NCBI GenBank assembly: GCA_963808625.1
Contig: CAWEHK010000026.1
Coordinates: 10,228-74,227 of the forward strand
DNA length: 64,000 nucleotides
Source of the DNA: an uncultured delta proteobacterium
GTDB lineage: Bacteria; Desulfobacterota; Syntrophobacteria; Syntrophobacterales; Syntrophobacteraceae
Direction of reading: 5' to 3'
The notes under the pieces were generated by a model. It made no database searches, was not told where the DNA came from, and was given only the letters and a program-made list of their open reading frames with translations. Both the position numbers and the translations under genes were made by a program. Numbering within the stretch: the stretch's first letter is position 1; every line of letters begins with the position of its first letter. Below, piece after piece: positions 1-10,279 of the stretch.

Positions 1-74
1 AAAGAGAACGAAGAGCTGAACGTCATCACCATGATCCAGGCCAATAGCCGGCCAAAAACCAATTTGTGGCTCAT
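1..74 (-). CDS. 5' end of a probable exported protein running off the window (possibly a thioredoxin-like partner of CcdA)
   Basis: ATG at 74 overlaps the ccdA stop (ATGA); reads MSHKLVFGRLLAWIMVMTFSSSFS, signal-peptide-like. Function is a guess from context. Confidence 0.4.
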   Translation of the reverse strand, partial: MSHKLVFGRLLAWIMVMTFSSSFS

Positions 75-778
75 AGCCAGAATTCTCCTGTCTTAATGAA
101 GAAATACTCGGCAGCCAAAATCATCAGCAACCCGAATGCTTTCTGGATCCGCCTCATCCAAATTCCGGAACGCGGGAGGGAAGTCAGAAGACCGGTAAAG
201 GTCCCAAGCAGGATGACGAGCGTGCCGATACCATAGGAAAAGGCAAAGAGCATCCCAATGCCCCAAAAAATATCCTGCTGGGTCGCCACGATGGTCAGGA
301 GCACTCCCAGGACGGGTGTGGTGCAGGTGCTGATCACCAGTGCCGAAGCCCCTCCCAGGAGCACACTCGAGAGGATATCATGCCCTCGAATATTTCGCAC
401 TTGCATTCGATTCAGGAATGCCGGCGGCGTCAGAGGAATGACTTCCAGCATCGCCAACCCAAAGATCAGGCAAATATTCCCGACCAGCAGGTAGGTCCAG
501 CGATTGCTCGTGAGCGCGCCGAAGAGCCCCCCGGACAGCGCGGCAAAAGCCCCAAGAGCCGAATACACAATCGCCAGCCCCAGGACATAAAAAATGGAGA
601 GCACAAAGCCCCTCCACCGGCTGCCTTGGGCTTTGGCGCCGACGAAAGCCACGGTAATCGGCATCATCGGATAGGTGCACGGGGTGAAGCTTGCCAATAC
701 CCCACCGGCATAGGCCAGGAGCAATGCCAGCGATTGGTGCTCCCGCGCAATTTCTTCAAATTGACTCACCCACTCCAA
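71..778 (-). CDS. ccdA: Cytochrome c biogenesis protein CcdA / DsbD transmembrane domain
   Basis: About six hydrophobic segments with the redox motifs SFTPCTYP and STCTTP. Confidence 0.85.
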   Translation of the reverse strand: MEWVSQFEEIAREHQSLALLLAYAGGVLASFTPCTYPMMPITVAFVGAKAQGSRWRGFVLSIFYVLGLAIVYSALGAFAALSGGLFGALTSNRWTYLLVGNICLIFGLAMLEVIPLTPPAFLNRMQVRNIRGHDILSSVLLGGASALVISTCTTPVLGVLLTIVATQQDIFWGIGMLFAFSYGIGTLVILLGTFTGLLTSLPRSGIWMRRIQKAFGLLMILAAEYFFIKTGEFWL

Positions 779-803
779 AGCTCACCCTCTGATTCCGCTC
801 CGC

Positions 804-1556
804 TCAGGTCGATCCGAGCTGTTCCAGGAGCCTCAGACTTCTAAGGTCCTTCTTAATGTGCTCACGGACCCAATCCAGCAAAGCATTCAGAAGCGGGACC
901 CGGCGATGCTGTGAGAAATGGAGACGCCAGATATTGGTTACGGAAAAACGCCTGGATTGATGAATAAGCACCAGACTCCCCAAATCCAACAGCAAGCGAT
1001 CCTCGTCTGCCCGGCGATGTTCCGCGCACACCAGCACTCCCTGGCTTATTCGCCACCACCAGGTGGTGGCCGATTTCAGGGGGCGGTGGCAAACTCCGCA
1101 TCGTTCCAGAGCAGGAAGATAACCCATGATATGAAGAAAGCGAAGCAGGAACAGCAAGACCACATTGACCGGGTCCCTGGTCTTCACCAGATGGTCTAAA
1201 GCCTGCCGCAAGAGGAAAAAAAGCTCCGGCTGCGGTTCCCCTTCCGGGACCATTTCCAGCATAATTTCGGAAATCAACGCCGCCTGTCCCCACCGTTTCA
1301 CCTCAACCCGGAGGCCCAAATGGGGCTCCAACAGGTTGCAGGCATCGATCCACACCAATCCCCGGCGGGCACGATAAGCCAACCTCACCAGACTGCACGG
1401 TTCAAACGTGTTGACAAACCGCTTCTTGCTCCGCCTGGCGCCTTTCGCAATGCCTTTGAGCAACCCCGACGCCTCGCCGTAAAAGGCAATGATGCGGTCA
1501 GACTCCCCGTAGTCTCTACCGTTCAAAACAATCGCATCGGTCTCAAAAACATCCAT
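804..1556 (-). CDS. recO: DNA repair protein RecO
   Basis: N-terminal DYGESDRII...GIAKGARRSKKRF; C-terminal CxxC...C-H zinc site. Confidence 0.92.
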   Translation of the reverse strand: MDVFETDAIVLNGRDYGESDRIIAFYGEASGLLKGIAKGARRSKKRFVNTFEPCSLVRLAYRARRGLVWIDACNLLEPHLGLRVEVKRWGQAALISEIMLEMVPEGEPQPELFFLLRQALDHLVKTRDPVNVVLLFLLRFLHIMGYLPALERCGVCHRPLKSATTWWWRISQGVLVCAEHRRADEDRLLLDLGSLVLIHQSRRFSVTNIWRLHFSQHRRVPLLNALLDWVREHIKKDLRSLRLLEQLGST

Positions 1557-1570
1557 GCCCCCGTCTGCTC

Positions 1571-2518
1571 TTATTCTTTCAGATACCGCTGGTCCGGGAG
1601 GTTAAAGCGGATCACACTGCCCTGCCTGGCTGGGACCTCAACCGGGCGGCCGTCCCACTTCATGCGAACGCCGCCGGCGTTGCCGACGATGATCTTCATG
1701 GTCTTCTCCGCTTCCCATTGGCGATTGTCCCCAGGTTCCAGCATCGCCGTCTGAGTGGTCTTATCATCCATGGTGACCTGAATCCAGGTCTTCTGGGTCG
1801 CTTCCACGCGGAACAGGCGTTTCCCAACCGCTTCCGCGGCAGGAACCGGCTTTTCGACCGGCTCCGGCAGGACCTCGGCCGGACCGACCCCCGCTCCGGA
1901 TGGCTTGGATGCCGGGCCGTCCTGGGCCCTGGGCACCACCGCCGCGCTTTGGGTCTTTTCTGCTCGGGAATCGCCGCCCGCAGATGAGGACCGAACCGCT
2001 TTGTCCTCGGAACCAGGGGCCGCTCCCTTCGACTCCGACCCGGTACTCTGCGCGGCCTTGTTGGAAAGATCGGAAGGCAGGTCCTGCTGCGGATAACCCG
2101 ACGCTCTAAGGGATTGAGACGGATCCGAAGATTCCCTGAATTTCCAGAACCACACGCCGCCGTAAATAGCCCCGAGGAGCGCGATGCCGAGAAGCAGTAC
2201 GGCAAATATCCCAATCCGGCTTCTCTTTCTGAGCGCCTTCGACCACTTGCCGAAACGCCGGATGCTTTCATCCTGAAGATCGAGAGCGCGAATTTCCGAA
2301 GCATGCTTCTCGATCAAGGGCTGAGGATCAATGCCCAGGGACCCGCAATAGGCTCGGATAAAGCTGCGAATCAGCAAGCTCGATCCAATCCGCTCGCAAT
2401 TCCCTTCTTCCAGGGCCTGGAGCATGCTGACACTGACGCGAACCCGTTCCGACATTTCCGCCAATGGCACGCCCTGCTTCAGCCTCTCAGACTTCAAATA
2501 TGCTGCGAGTTCCTTCAT
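1571..2518 (-). CDS. rodZ: RodZ-like cytoskeletal membrane protein (HTH, TM, DUF4115)
   Basis: N-terminal HTH (LQALEEG...FIRAYCGSLGID), one TM helix, C-terminal IIVGNAGGV motif. Confidence 0.8.
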   Translation of the reverse strand: MKELAAYLKSERLKQGVPLAEMSERVRVSVSMLQALEEGNCERIGSSLLIRSFIRAYCGSLGIDPQPLIEKHASEIRALDLQDESIRRFGKWSKALRKRSRIGIFAVLLLGIALLGAIYGGVWFWKFRESSDPSQSLRASGYPQQDLPSDLSNKAAQSTGSESKGAAPGSEDKAVRSSSAGGDSRAEKTQSAAVVPRAQDGPASKPSGAGVGPAEVLPEPVEKPVPAAEAVGKRLFRVEATQKTWIQVTMDDKTTQTAMLEPGDNRQWEAEKTMKIIVGNAGGVRMKWDGRPVEVPARQGSVIRFNLPDQRYLKE

Positions 2519-2536
2519 CCGAAACCACCAATTGGT

Positions 2537-2634
2537 TCTTAGCTCTTAGCTCTTAGCTCTTAGCTGTTGGCTGTTGGCTGTTAGCTGTTAGCTGTTGATT
2601 GTTTGCTGTTTGGTCCAGGCTCCCGGCTCTTGGT
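2537..2634. repeat. Intergenic 7-bp tandem repeat tract (TCTTAGC x4, TGTTGGC x2, TGTTAGC x2, then degenerate units)
   Basis: Directly visible heptamer periodicity. Confidence 0.9.
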
Positions 2635-2692
2635 TTTATACTTGCTGAGGTTTTAACACTTTCAATCTTTCCGCGAGAAAAATAAATTCGGT

Positions 2693-2726
2693 TCTCTCCG
2701 CGTTCTCTGCGTTCTCTGCGGTGAAT
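2693..2726. repeat. CTCTGCG-type interspersed repeat arm (CTCCGCGTTCTCTGCGTTCTCTGCGGTGAAT)
   Basis: Closely similar arm at 10215-10247; two-armed versions at 25877-25945 and 42308-42435. Confidence 0.7.
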
Positions 2727-2737
2727 TCCTCAGCCGG

Positions 2738-3696
2738 TCAGAGCGAAATCTGTATAAAGGCCCGAGCCTCAAGGTCTCGGACCCAATCCTCGAACTTCTT
2801 GCTCATTTCCGATTGAAAAAGCTGTCTTCGAGCCTTTTCGCGGGCCTCGGCATCAACCGCTGCCTGTTTTGTCTTCTGAACGTCCAGGACCTTGATGATG
2901 AAGAATCCGGTCGGCGTCTTCAGCAGCTCCGTCATCTCATTCGGCTTGAGCCCCCGGGTTGCTGCTTCGATGGGGGGCGCGAGTTCATCCGTAGGGATAT
3001 AGCCCAGGTCCCCCCCTCCTGCGCGGCGGGCCCCTTGGAGTATTCTTTTGCGAGCTTGGAAAAATCCTCGCCGCCTTTTAACCGATTCATAACGTCGCGG
3101 GCCATCTTTTCCACTTCTGCCGTTTTCTGCCCTTGAGCTCCTTCCGGAAAGGGAAGAAACAGGAGCGCCAGGCGCCGCCTCTCCACAAGAGCAGCCTCAT
3201 CCGTCTTGAGAAAAGCGTCAACCTGCTCCTGGGTGATGACGGTCTTGCTCTTGAACACCCGCTCGACCAGCCGCGAGCGCTCCAATTCCTTCTTGATCCC
3301 CTGACGAACCTGCTCGCGCGTTTGCCCCTGCTGCTGAATCACATTCTCAAATTGGGCGTCCGTAAAGTGATTCTCGCTCTTGATCGTTTCGAGGGCCTCA
3401 TCGATTTCACGCGCCGACACCACAATCTTCAAACGCCGAATCTCCTGGTCTGCCAGGTGGTCTCGAATCATCTGCTGCAGCACTTCACGCTCGAGCTGAG
3501 CGCGCCGGGCGGGATCTTCCAACTTCAGGTTCGGCGACATCTTCGTAAGCTGGCGCACTTGCTCCTGAAGCTCACTGTAGAGAATAATATCCCCATTGAC
3601 TACAGCGACAATCCGGTCGATAGTTTCCGCGCAGACAACCCCACAGCACCCAATCAGGCACACGATTATGAAGCAAAATCTAATGATCGACCGCAT
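2738..3696 (-). CDS. surA: SurA-like peptidyl-prolyl isomerase/chaperone (frameshift near 3010)
   Basis: Signal peptide, IDRIVAVVNGDIIL N-domain, parvulin GEDFSKLAKEYS; C-terminus continues in ORF 2738-2935 after a C-homopolymer. Confidence 0.8.
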
Positions 3697-3715
3697 GCAC
3701 TCCCTCGCCCCCTAA

Positions 3716-3852
3716 GAAGGTGTCCCCCAAAACCCCCTCCATCCCGTCACCCCGGGCGAAAGCCGGGGTCCAGGGAGTCTCAAAGAAACCTGGATCCCGG
3801 CTTACACCGGAATGACGCAAGGCGATTCCGGAAAGCCTTTTGGGCAACCTCC
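3716..3852. mobile_element. MITE-like element: CGTC-tagged REP doublet inside imperfect TIRs
   Basis: CGTCACCCCGGGCGAAAGCCGGGGTCCAG...CTGGATCCCGGCTTACACCGGAATGACG flanked by GAAGGTGTCCCCCAAAA / TTTTGGGCAACCTCC. Confidence 0.6.
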
Positions 3853-3941
3853 AAAATCTCAACAATTAGACCATCGCCGAAGGTGCTTCGGGGCCGCCGC
3901 CCACCATTCCTGCAGCATGAGGCCCCCGCCCCCACCCTAAC

Positions 3942-6900
3942 CTACTGAATTGACTTGATATCACTAGCACGTTCCCAGAACTCTTGCAAGGTCCTTTTCA
4001 ACCGCACGAGGCGTTGGGCCGAATCGCGTCCCCAGATGTCAACGCGCAGCCTGCGCTCCATTGCCGGATTGAAGGAACAATTCTTGGACGCCAGAAAGGA
4101 AGCGAACGACCGGAAAGGAGCATCCGCCGCAAAGTGAAGGCAAAAGGACTCATCGTCCCCGTCAATCCGCAGCATTCCAACCTGTTTCGAGAGCAATCGC
4201 ACCTTCGCGAGCAGAATCAGGTTCCTGACACTTTCGGGAAATGGACCGTAACGATCTCGCCATTCCTTCGTCAGGTCATCCACCTCCGCTTCTGCCGCAA
4301 TCGTCGCCAGCCGCTTGTACGCAATGAGCCGCTGATCGGTATTTGGGATGTAAGTCTCCGGCAGGAAGGCGCTGAGCCTGATGTTGATTTCCGGCTCGAT
4401 GGGCGCTTCTTCGAAGCGTTCCCCTTTCAGCTCACGAACGGTCTTCTCGAGGAGTTCCAGGTAGAGCTCATAACCCACGGCCGCAATATGACCTGATTGG
4501 GAGGCCCCGAGGATGGTCCCTCCCCCCGGATTTGGAGGTCATTGAGGGCGATCTTGAAGCCCGCTCCGAGCTCGCTGAAATCCAGCAGCGCCCGCAGGCG
4601 CTTCTGAGCATCCCGCGTAATGAGGTGTTCCCCGGGCACGAGCAGGTAGGCATAAGCCTGCTCACTGGAGCGCCCGACCCTTCCCCGCAACTGATAAATC
4701 TGAGCCAGCCCGAACTTGTCGGCACGATTGATGATAATGGTATTGGCTGCCGGAATATCGAGCCCCGACTCGATGATCGTCGTACAAACCAGAACATCCA
4801 CCTGGCGATGGATGAAGTCAAGCATGACCTTTTCCAGGTCCCGTTCCTTCATCTGGCCGTGGGCCACGGCAACGCGCGCGTCCGGCACCAGCAGGCTCAG
4901 TCTGGCGGCCATCTGGTAGATGCTGCCGACATGATTATGCACGAAAAAGACCTGGCCGGCCCGGTGGAGTTCCCGATAGATCGCTTCCTGGATCGTCAAC
5001 TCTTCGTATTTGCAGAGCAACGTGTCTATGGAACGGCGGTCCTCGGGCGCCGTTTCGATGACGCTCATGTCCCGAATTCCGGAAAGCGCCATGTGCAGCG
5101 TCCTGGGAATCGGGGTCGCGGAAAGGGTGAGGACATCCACGGAGACTCTGAGTTTCTTCAAATTTTCCTTGTGCTTGACGCCAAAGCGATGCTCTTCGTC
5201 GACAATGACCAGCCCCAGGTCGCGAAAGCTTACATCCTTTTGCAGGAGGCGATGCGTACCGATGACAACATCGATGGCGCCGCGCTCCAAGCCTTTGAGC
5301 ACCTGTTTTTGCTGGGCGGAAGTCTTGAAACGGCTCAGCGAGGCCACCGCTACCGGAAAGCCGTTAAAGCGCTCAAGAAAGGTCTGGTAGTGCTGCTCCG
5401 CCAGGACCGTGGTAGGCACCAGCATGGCCACCTGTTTGCCATCCATGATGGCCTTGAAGGCAGCGCGAATCGCCACCTCCGTTTTGCCGTACCCGACGTC
5501 GCCGCAGATCAGCCGGTCCATGGGCAGCGCCGAGCCCATGTCCTCCAGGACGTCGTCAATGGCCCTGACCTGGTCGGGGGTTTCCTCGTAGGAGAAAGTC
5601 GCTTCAAATTCATGGAAATACGTGTCCGGAGCAGAAAAGCGAAAGCCCTCACTGACCCGTCGCTGGGCATAGAGATTGAGGATCTCCTGGGCGATTCTTT
5701 CCGCCGATTCCCGGGCCTTTTTCTTGGCCGTCTCCCAGGACTTGCCGCCGAGCTTGTCGACGCGCGGCTCATGCCCCTCGATCCCGAGATACTTCTGGAC
5801 CCTGGCGAGTTTGTCAACGGGGACATAAAGGCGGTCCCCATCCTGGTACTCGAGCAGCACAAAATCGCTTTCGATTCCCCGCACGTTCAAGTGGACCAGT
5901 TCTTTGTAGATGCCGATGCCATGGTCGACATGGACAACAAAATCGCCCACATGAAGGTCCTGAAAGGAATTCAAAAAAACACCCGAGACCGGTTTCCGGG
6001 AAACGCGACGCGATCTCCGCCCGAAAAGTTCTTCTTCGGATACGACGGCGAGCCTTTCCGCAGGCCAGAAGAAACCTTTGAGCGAGGGACCGACCAACAC
6101 TTTTACCGCCGGGGACTCATAGGATTCCTGTCCGAATGCGAGGTCGCTGGATAACACCTCCAGGTCATAGCCCGCAAGCAGCTCCGCCAACCGCCGGGAC
6201 TGTTCCTTCTGCTGGCACACGAGGAAAGAAAGGATGCCGTCTTCCTGCCATTTGCGGAACTGGTGAGCGAGGGGTTCCAGGAGTCTTTCCTTGTTCTGGT
6301 GAGACTTCACGGCCAGGCCCAGGGCGCTGTGACTGTCGATCCCGAGATCCATGACCTTCTGGGTCTCGGCAGGTTCAATGAGGGCGTTGACCCACACCTG
6401 TTGAAACCGCTTCCCTTTTTCGTGCAGCCGTTCGGGGTCCGCGTAGAGCTCTGCGGGTGATTTCTGCCACTCGTTGCCGGTAGGATCCTTGGCACGATCA
6501 CCGCACAACTGCCAGTAATTCTCGGCCATCTCCATGCGACAACGATTGGCATCGGACCAAAAGAGAAGCGTTTGGGGGGCGAGGTAGTCCAGAAGCGTTG
6601 CGGTCTTTTCATAGAAAACCGGCAGGAGGGATTCGAAGCCGCCGTTCTGATAGCCCTCCTGAATTCTCTCCAACCAGGCGTTTCCCGCCGCGGGCGTCAA
6701 CACCCCTTCCCGAACGTCCGCATAGAGCGCTTCCTGGGCGCGTGCCCGCGCTTCCCCATCGAGGATGATCTCGCTTGCGGGAAGGAGCACCACATCTTCC
6801 AGCACCCCGAGGGAACGCTGATTGCTGGGATGGAAAAGACGAATGGATTCCAGTTCATCCCCGAAGAACTCGAGCCTCAGGGGCCAGCGGTACATGGGAG

Positions 6901-7528
6901 CGTAAATATCGAGGACGCCTCCGCGCCGGCTCAGGTCCCCATATTCCTCCACCAGGGAAACCGGATAGTACCCGCGCTCACCGAGCTGCCGGCAGAACGA
7001 TTCGAGCTCGATGGCTTCCCCTTTGACTCGATATTCCACATGGTTGAGCAGGATTTCCGGGGGCGCCAAACATTCCAGGAGAGCCATCGCCGAGGTGACA
7101 ACCAGGATGGGAGAGACCGCAGTTTTGAGGGCGTAAAGGGCCTCGAGACGCCTCGCCGTGGCTTCCATCTTTCCCAGAGACTGCGCTTTGTGGGCGGTTC
7201 GCGAAGGGAAATACCAGATCTTTCGCGCGAGGGGAGCATCCGGACGTTGGTTCTCCCTGCCGAAGAAAAAAGCGGCTATCTCGAAATATTGCTCCGCCTC
7301 CCGGTCGGTGGGGGCGATCAGGAGCATGGGTTTGCGGACGGCGCGCAGTCCCTTCCCGATGAGGTAACCCAGGGCTGTTTCCTGCACCCCGCGCAGATGC
7401 ACCGACTCCCGGGAATCCCTCAGAAAGGATAAAACGGCTGCAGCATCGGCATCCCTTTTGGGAAATCCCTCGATGGCGCTTCCATGCGATGTTGCCGGTT
7501 CCTGCTCCCGACTTACCGATATATCCAT
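3942..7528 (-). CDS. mfd: Transcription-repair coupling factor (frameshift near 4520)
   Basis: UvrB-like module, CarD-like VVHVDHGIG, CGDVGYGKTEVA, DEEHRFG, QLRGRVGRS; TRCF C-terminal domain in ORF 3942-4478. Start codon approximate. Confidence 0.95.
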
Positions 7529-7784
7529 AAGGCTGTCGACCATTCGATGCACAAAAAGAGTTTCATCTTCAGAGGAAATCACACTATAACCATGATGCCT
7601 GCGGAAAGAAAGGCTCGATGCCGGTTGGACCCGGCACACCCTGGGACCGGAGCATGTTTGAGGGATCCAAGGCTCGTGCTGGAAGTCCTTGGGTCTTTTA
7701 ACAGAGAGGCTGAGACCAGCGATGGCGAAGATGCGGACACAGAAAGCCTGCAAACCGATGAGTGTTAAAAAGGATGAACAGCCA

Positions 7785-9221
7785 ATGACCGGCAACTCTA
7801 CTCAAGAAAGGCTGCGCCGGATTCCCAGTGTGGAGAATCTGCTGCAATTGGAAGCGATCCAGGAAGCGCTCTCGCGATATCCCCGCCGGCTGATGCTGGC
7901 AAGCATCCGGCACGTTCTGGAGCAAAAGCGCAAGCTCCTTCTTGAGGAACCGGAATCGACGCCGAGGATAAACCTCGAAACAGCCCATCTGGTGCAGTGC
8001 GTTTTGAAACACCTCGAAAAGGCCGGCGCCTATACCCTGCAGAACGTGATCAATGCTACCGGCGTCATCGTCCACACCAACCTCGGGCGCTCGCTGCTCG
8101 CCGAGGAAGCCGTCGCGAGACTGCAATTGCTTTGCCGAAACTACAACAACCTCGAGTACGATCTGGTCCAGGGACAGCGAGGATCTCGCTATGTCCATGC
8201 CGAATCGATTTTGTGCGAACTCACCGGCGCGGAGGCCGCACTCGTCGTGAACAATAACGCTGCCGCCGTCCTGCTCACCTTGAACACCCTGGCGAAGGAT
8301 CGCGAAGTCATCGTTTCCCGCGGCCAACTCGTGGAAATCGGCGGCTCCTTTCGGATCCCCGATGTGATGCGCAGCAGCGGCGCCATCCTCCGCGAGGTCG
8401 GGTGCACCAACCGCACGCACCTGCGCGACTACGAAGCGGTCATCACGGAACAAACCGCACTCCTGCTGCGCGTCCACACCAGCAATTATCGCATTGTCGG
8501 CTTTACCGCCGAGGTGCCGGCGGAACAACTGGTCGCGCTGGGCCGAAAGCGCGGCATCCCGGTGATGGAGGACCTGGGCAGCGGATCTTTCGTCGATATG
8601 GCGAGATTCGGTCTGCATGGGGAACCGACCGTTTCGGAGGCCATGGGGACGGGGGTGGATGTGGTGACCTTCAGTGGGGACAAACTGCTCGGCGGCCCCC
8701 AGGCCGGTATCATTTTGGGCAGGAAGGAGATCGTCGCAGAATGCCGCAAAAACCCCCTCACGCGGGCCCTGCGCGTGGACAAGATGACGCTTGCCGTGCT
8801 CGAGGCGACCCTGCGTTTATACCGCGATGAACGCCTTGCGCTGGAAAAGGTCCCAACCCTCCGTATGATCGCCGTACCCCTGGCACTCCTCGAGGAACGA
8901 GCTCAGCATCTGGCGGCGCTCATTCGGGAGGCGGACCCCCAGCACCGCTTGCAGGTCCGGGTTCAGCAAAGTTCTTCGCAGGTCGGCGGAGGGGCGTTGC
9001 CGGGCCAGGGCCTCCCGACTTATGCGGTGGCCGTGAGTTCACCCGGCATGAGCACCCAGAGGATCGAGGCACATCTCAGAAACAATGAACCCCCGATTAT
9101 TGCCCGCATCGAGTCGGATCAATACCTGATGGACGTCCGCACCCTGCAGGCGGAAGATTTTCCGATCGTGCAACACGCTTTTCAACGACTCCTGAGAGGA
9201 CCCGAATCTGCTGGTCAATGA
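7785..9221 (+). CDS. selA: L-seryl-tRNA(Sec) selenium transferase
   Basis: VINATGVIVHTNLGRS, SRGQLVEIGGSFRIPDVM, FSGDKLLGGPQAG (PLP lysine). Confidence 0.96.
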   Translation: MTGNSTQERLRRIPSVENLLQLEAIQEALSRYPRRLMLASIRHVLEQKRKLLLEEPESTPRINLETAHLVQCVLKHLEKAGAYTLQNVINATGVIVHTNLGRSLLAEEAVARLQLLCRNYNNLEYDLVQGQRGSRYVHAESILCELTGAEAALVVNNNAAAVLLTLNTLAKDREVIVSRGQLVEIGGSFRIPDVMRSSGAILREVGCTNRTHLRDYEAVITEQTALLLRVHTSNYRIVGFTAEVPAEQLVALGRKRGIPVMEDLGSGSFVDMARFGLHGEPTVSEAMGTGVDVVTFSGDKLLGGPQAGIILGRKEIVAECRKNPLTRALRVDKMTLAVLEATLRLYRDERLALEKVPTLRMIAVPLALLEERAQHLAALIREADPQHRLQVRVQQSSSQVGGGALPGQGLPTYAVAVSSPGMSTQRIEAHLRNNEPPIIARIESDQYLMDVRTLQAEDFPIVQHAFQRLLRGPESAGQ

Positions 9222-9320
9222 TAGCCGAGGCAAAACGCTGAGCCGGGATGGTCGCCACCGCACGGAACCAGCCTCCCGGCGGCACTCTCTCCCGGCAGCC
9301 GGGAAGCCAAGATGGCGGCT

Positions 9321-9404
9321 CTCAGACTCCCGACTTCTCACTCCTGACTCCTGACTCCTGGCTCCTGGCTCCTGACTCCTGGCTCCTGACTCTGGCTCCT
9401 GACT
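9321..9404. repeat. Intergenic 7-bp tandem repeat tract (TCCTGAC/TCCTGGC, about 12 units)
   Basis: Directly visible, between convergent genes. Confidence 0.9.
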
Positions 9405-9427
9405 TCTCTCCCCAGGCAGCCAGGAAC

Positions 9428-10114
9428 TCAATAGGGCGGATCGGCCGGTCCGTCGTACCCACAGAGGCCTAAACGCGGCGAGTTGACTAAAGGGATGGGT
9501 TCACCATACTGATCATGGGGATGGGTTTTTGCGTGTTTGGCGCATAAAGCTCCCCATTCATCTTTCCTCAATACAGACACTCCATACACAACCAGGCCGC
9601 AGGCTTTTTACACTCTATGCATTCGGATTCCGGCATCACATTGCGCATCATGAGGGCGATGGGATGAGAAGTAGTGGGCTTGCCTTCCCGCACATTCACG
9701 AATTTTATGAGCGTTTCCGATGAGGTCCCAAAATCATAGATATGCGTCAGCTCAACACCTCGGCTCGAAAACTTTATCGATTCGTCGCCCTTTGGCTATC
9801 TCTTTACCGCGCCATCCCCCAGTTGAAAACTGGCTCATATGCCCACAGCATTCGAGCCAGATGGCACGCAAATAATCGTCCAAATCCAGCAAGGTAGCCG
9901 AGCCGCGCATTTCCAAATCCAGCCAGAATTCGCTCTGCCCGGCAGCCTGTACCCGCAGGTGGTAAAGCGATTCGCTGTTCCCCTTCTTACCCTCAGCCTT
10001 GGCCACAACTTCCTGCCTCTTTACACAGGCCGCTAAGTGCTTGCCCGCTCCGTTCTTAGCGAGTTCTTGCCGGCAATAGGCACATTTGCCCTTCGATTGC
10101 GTTAGCTGAGCCAT
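9428..10114 (-). CDS. Cys-rich hypothetical protein, pRiA4b ORF-3-like core (two apparent frameshifts)
   Basis: ORF 9752-10114 (CAYC...LDDYLRAIWLECCGHMSQF) continues out of frame as HIYDFGTSS...CIEC...CMEC...NSPRLGLCGY to the stop at 9428. Confidence 0.6.
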
Positions 10115-10214
10115 GCTCTTCTCCTTGAATGGTGAATCACGGTCCCATCTTCCAACTCTTCAACATTGTTCCGCTTCTTGGAACTCTGTCAAGATCTTGG
10201 TTTAGGTTCTTATT

Positions 10215-10247
10215 TTCTCTGCGCTCTCTGCGTCTCCGCGGTGAATG
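10215..10247. repeat. CTCTGCG-type interspersed repeat arm
   Basis: TCTCTGCGCTCTCTGCGTCTCCGCGGTGAAT, same family as 2693-2726. Confidence 0.65.
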
Positions 10248-10279
10248 CTATTCGGTTGCAGTCGGAGGCCACGCTCAGA

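Noticed and set aside
4532..6154. Long antisense ORFs opposite mfd (also opposite ftsZ, murD, lysC and the helicase)
   Set aside because: Typical shadow ORFs of GC-rich coding strands; no recognisable motifs
9039..9472. ORFs with SQESGAR/LLAPDSW repeats
   Set aside because: Translations of the intergenic heptamer tract
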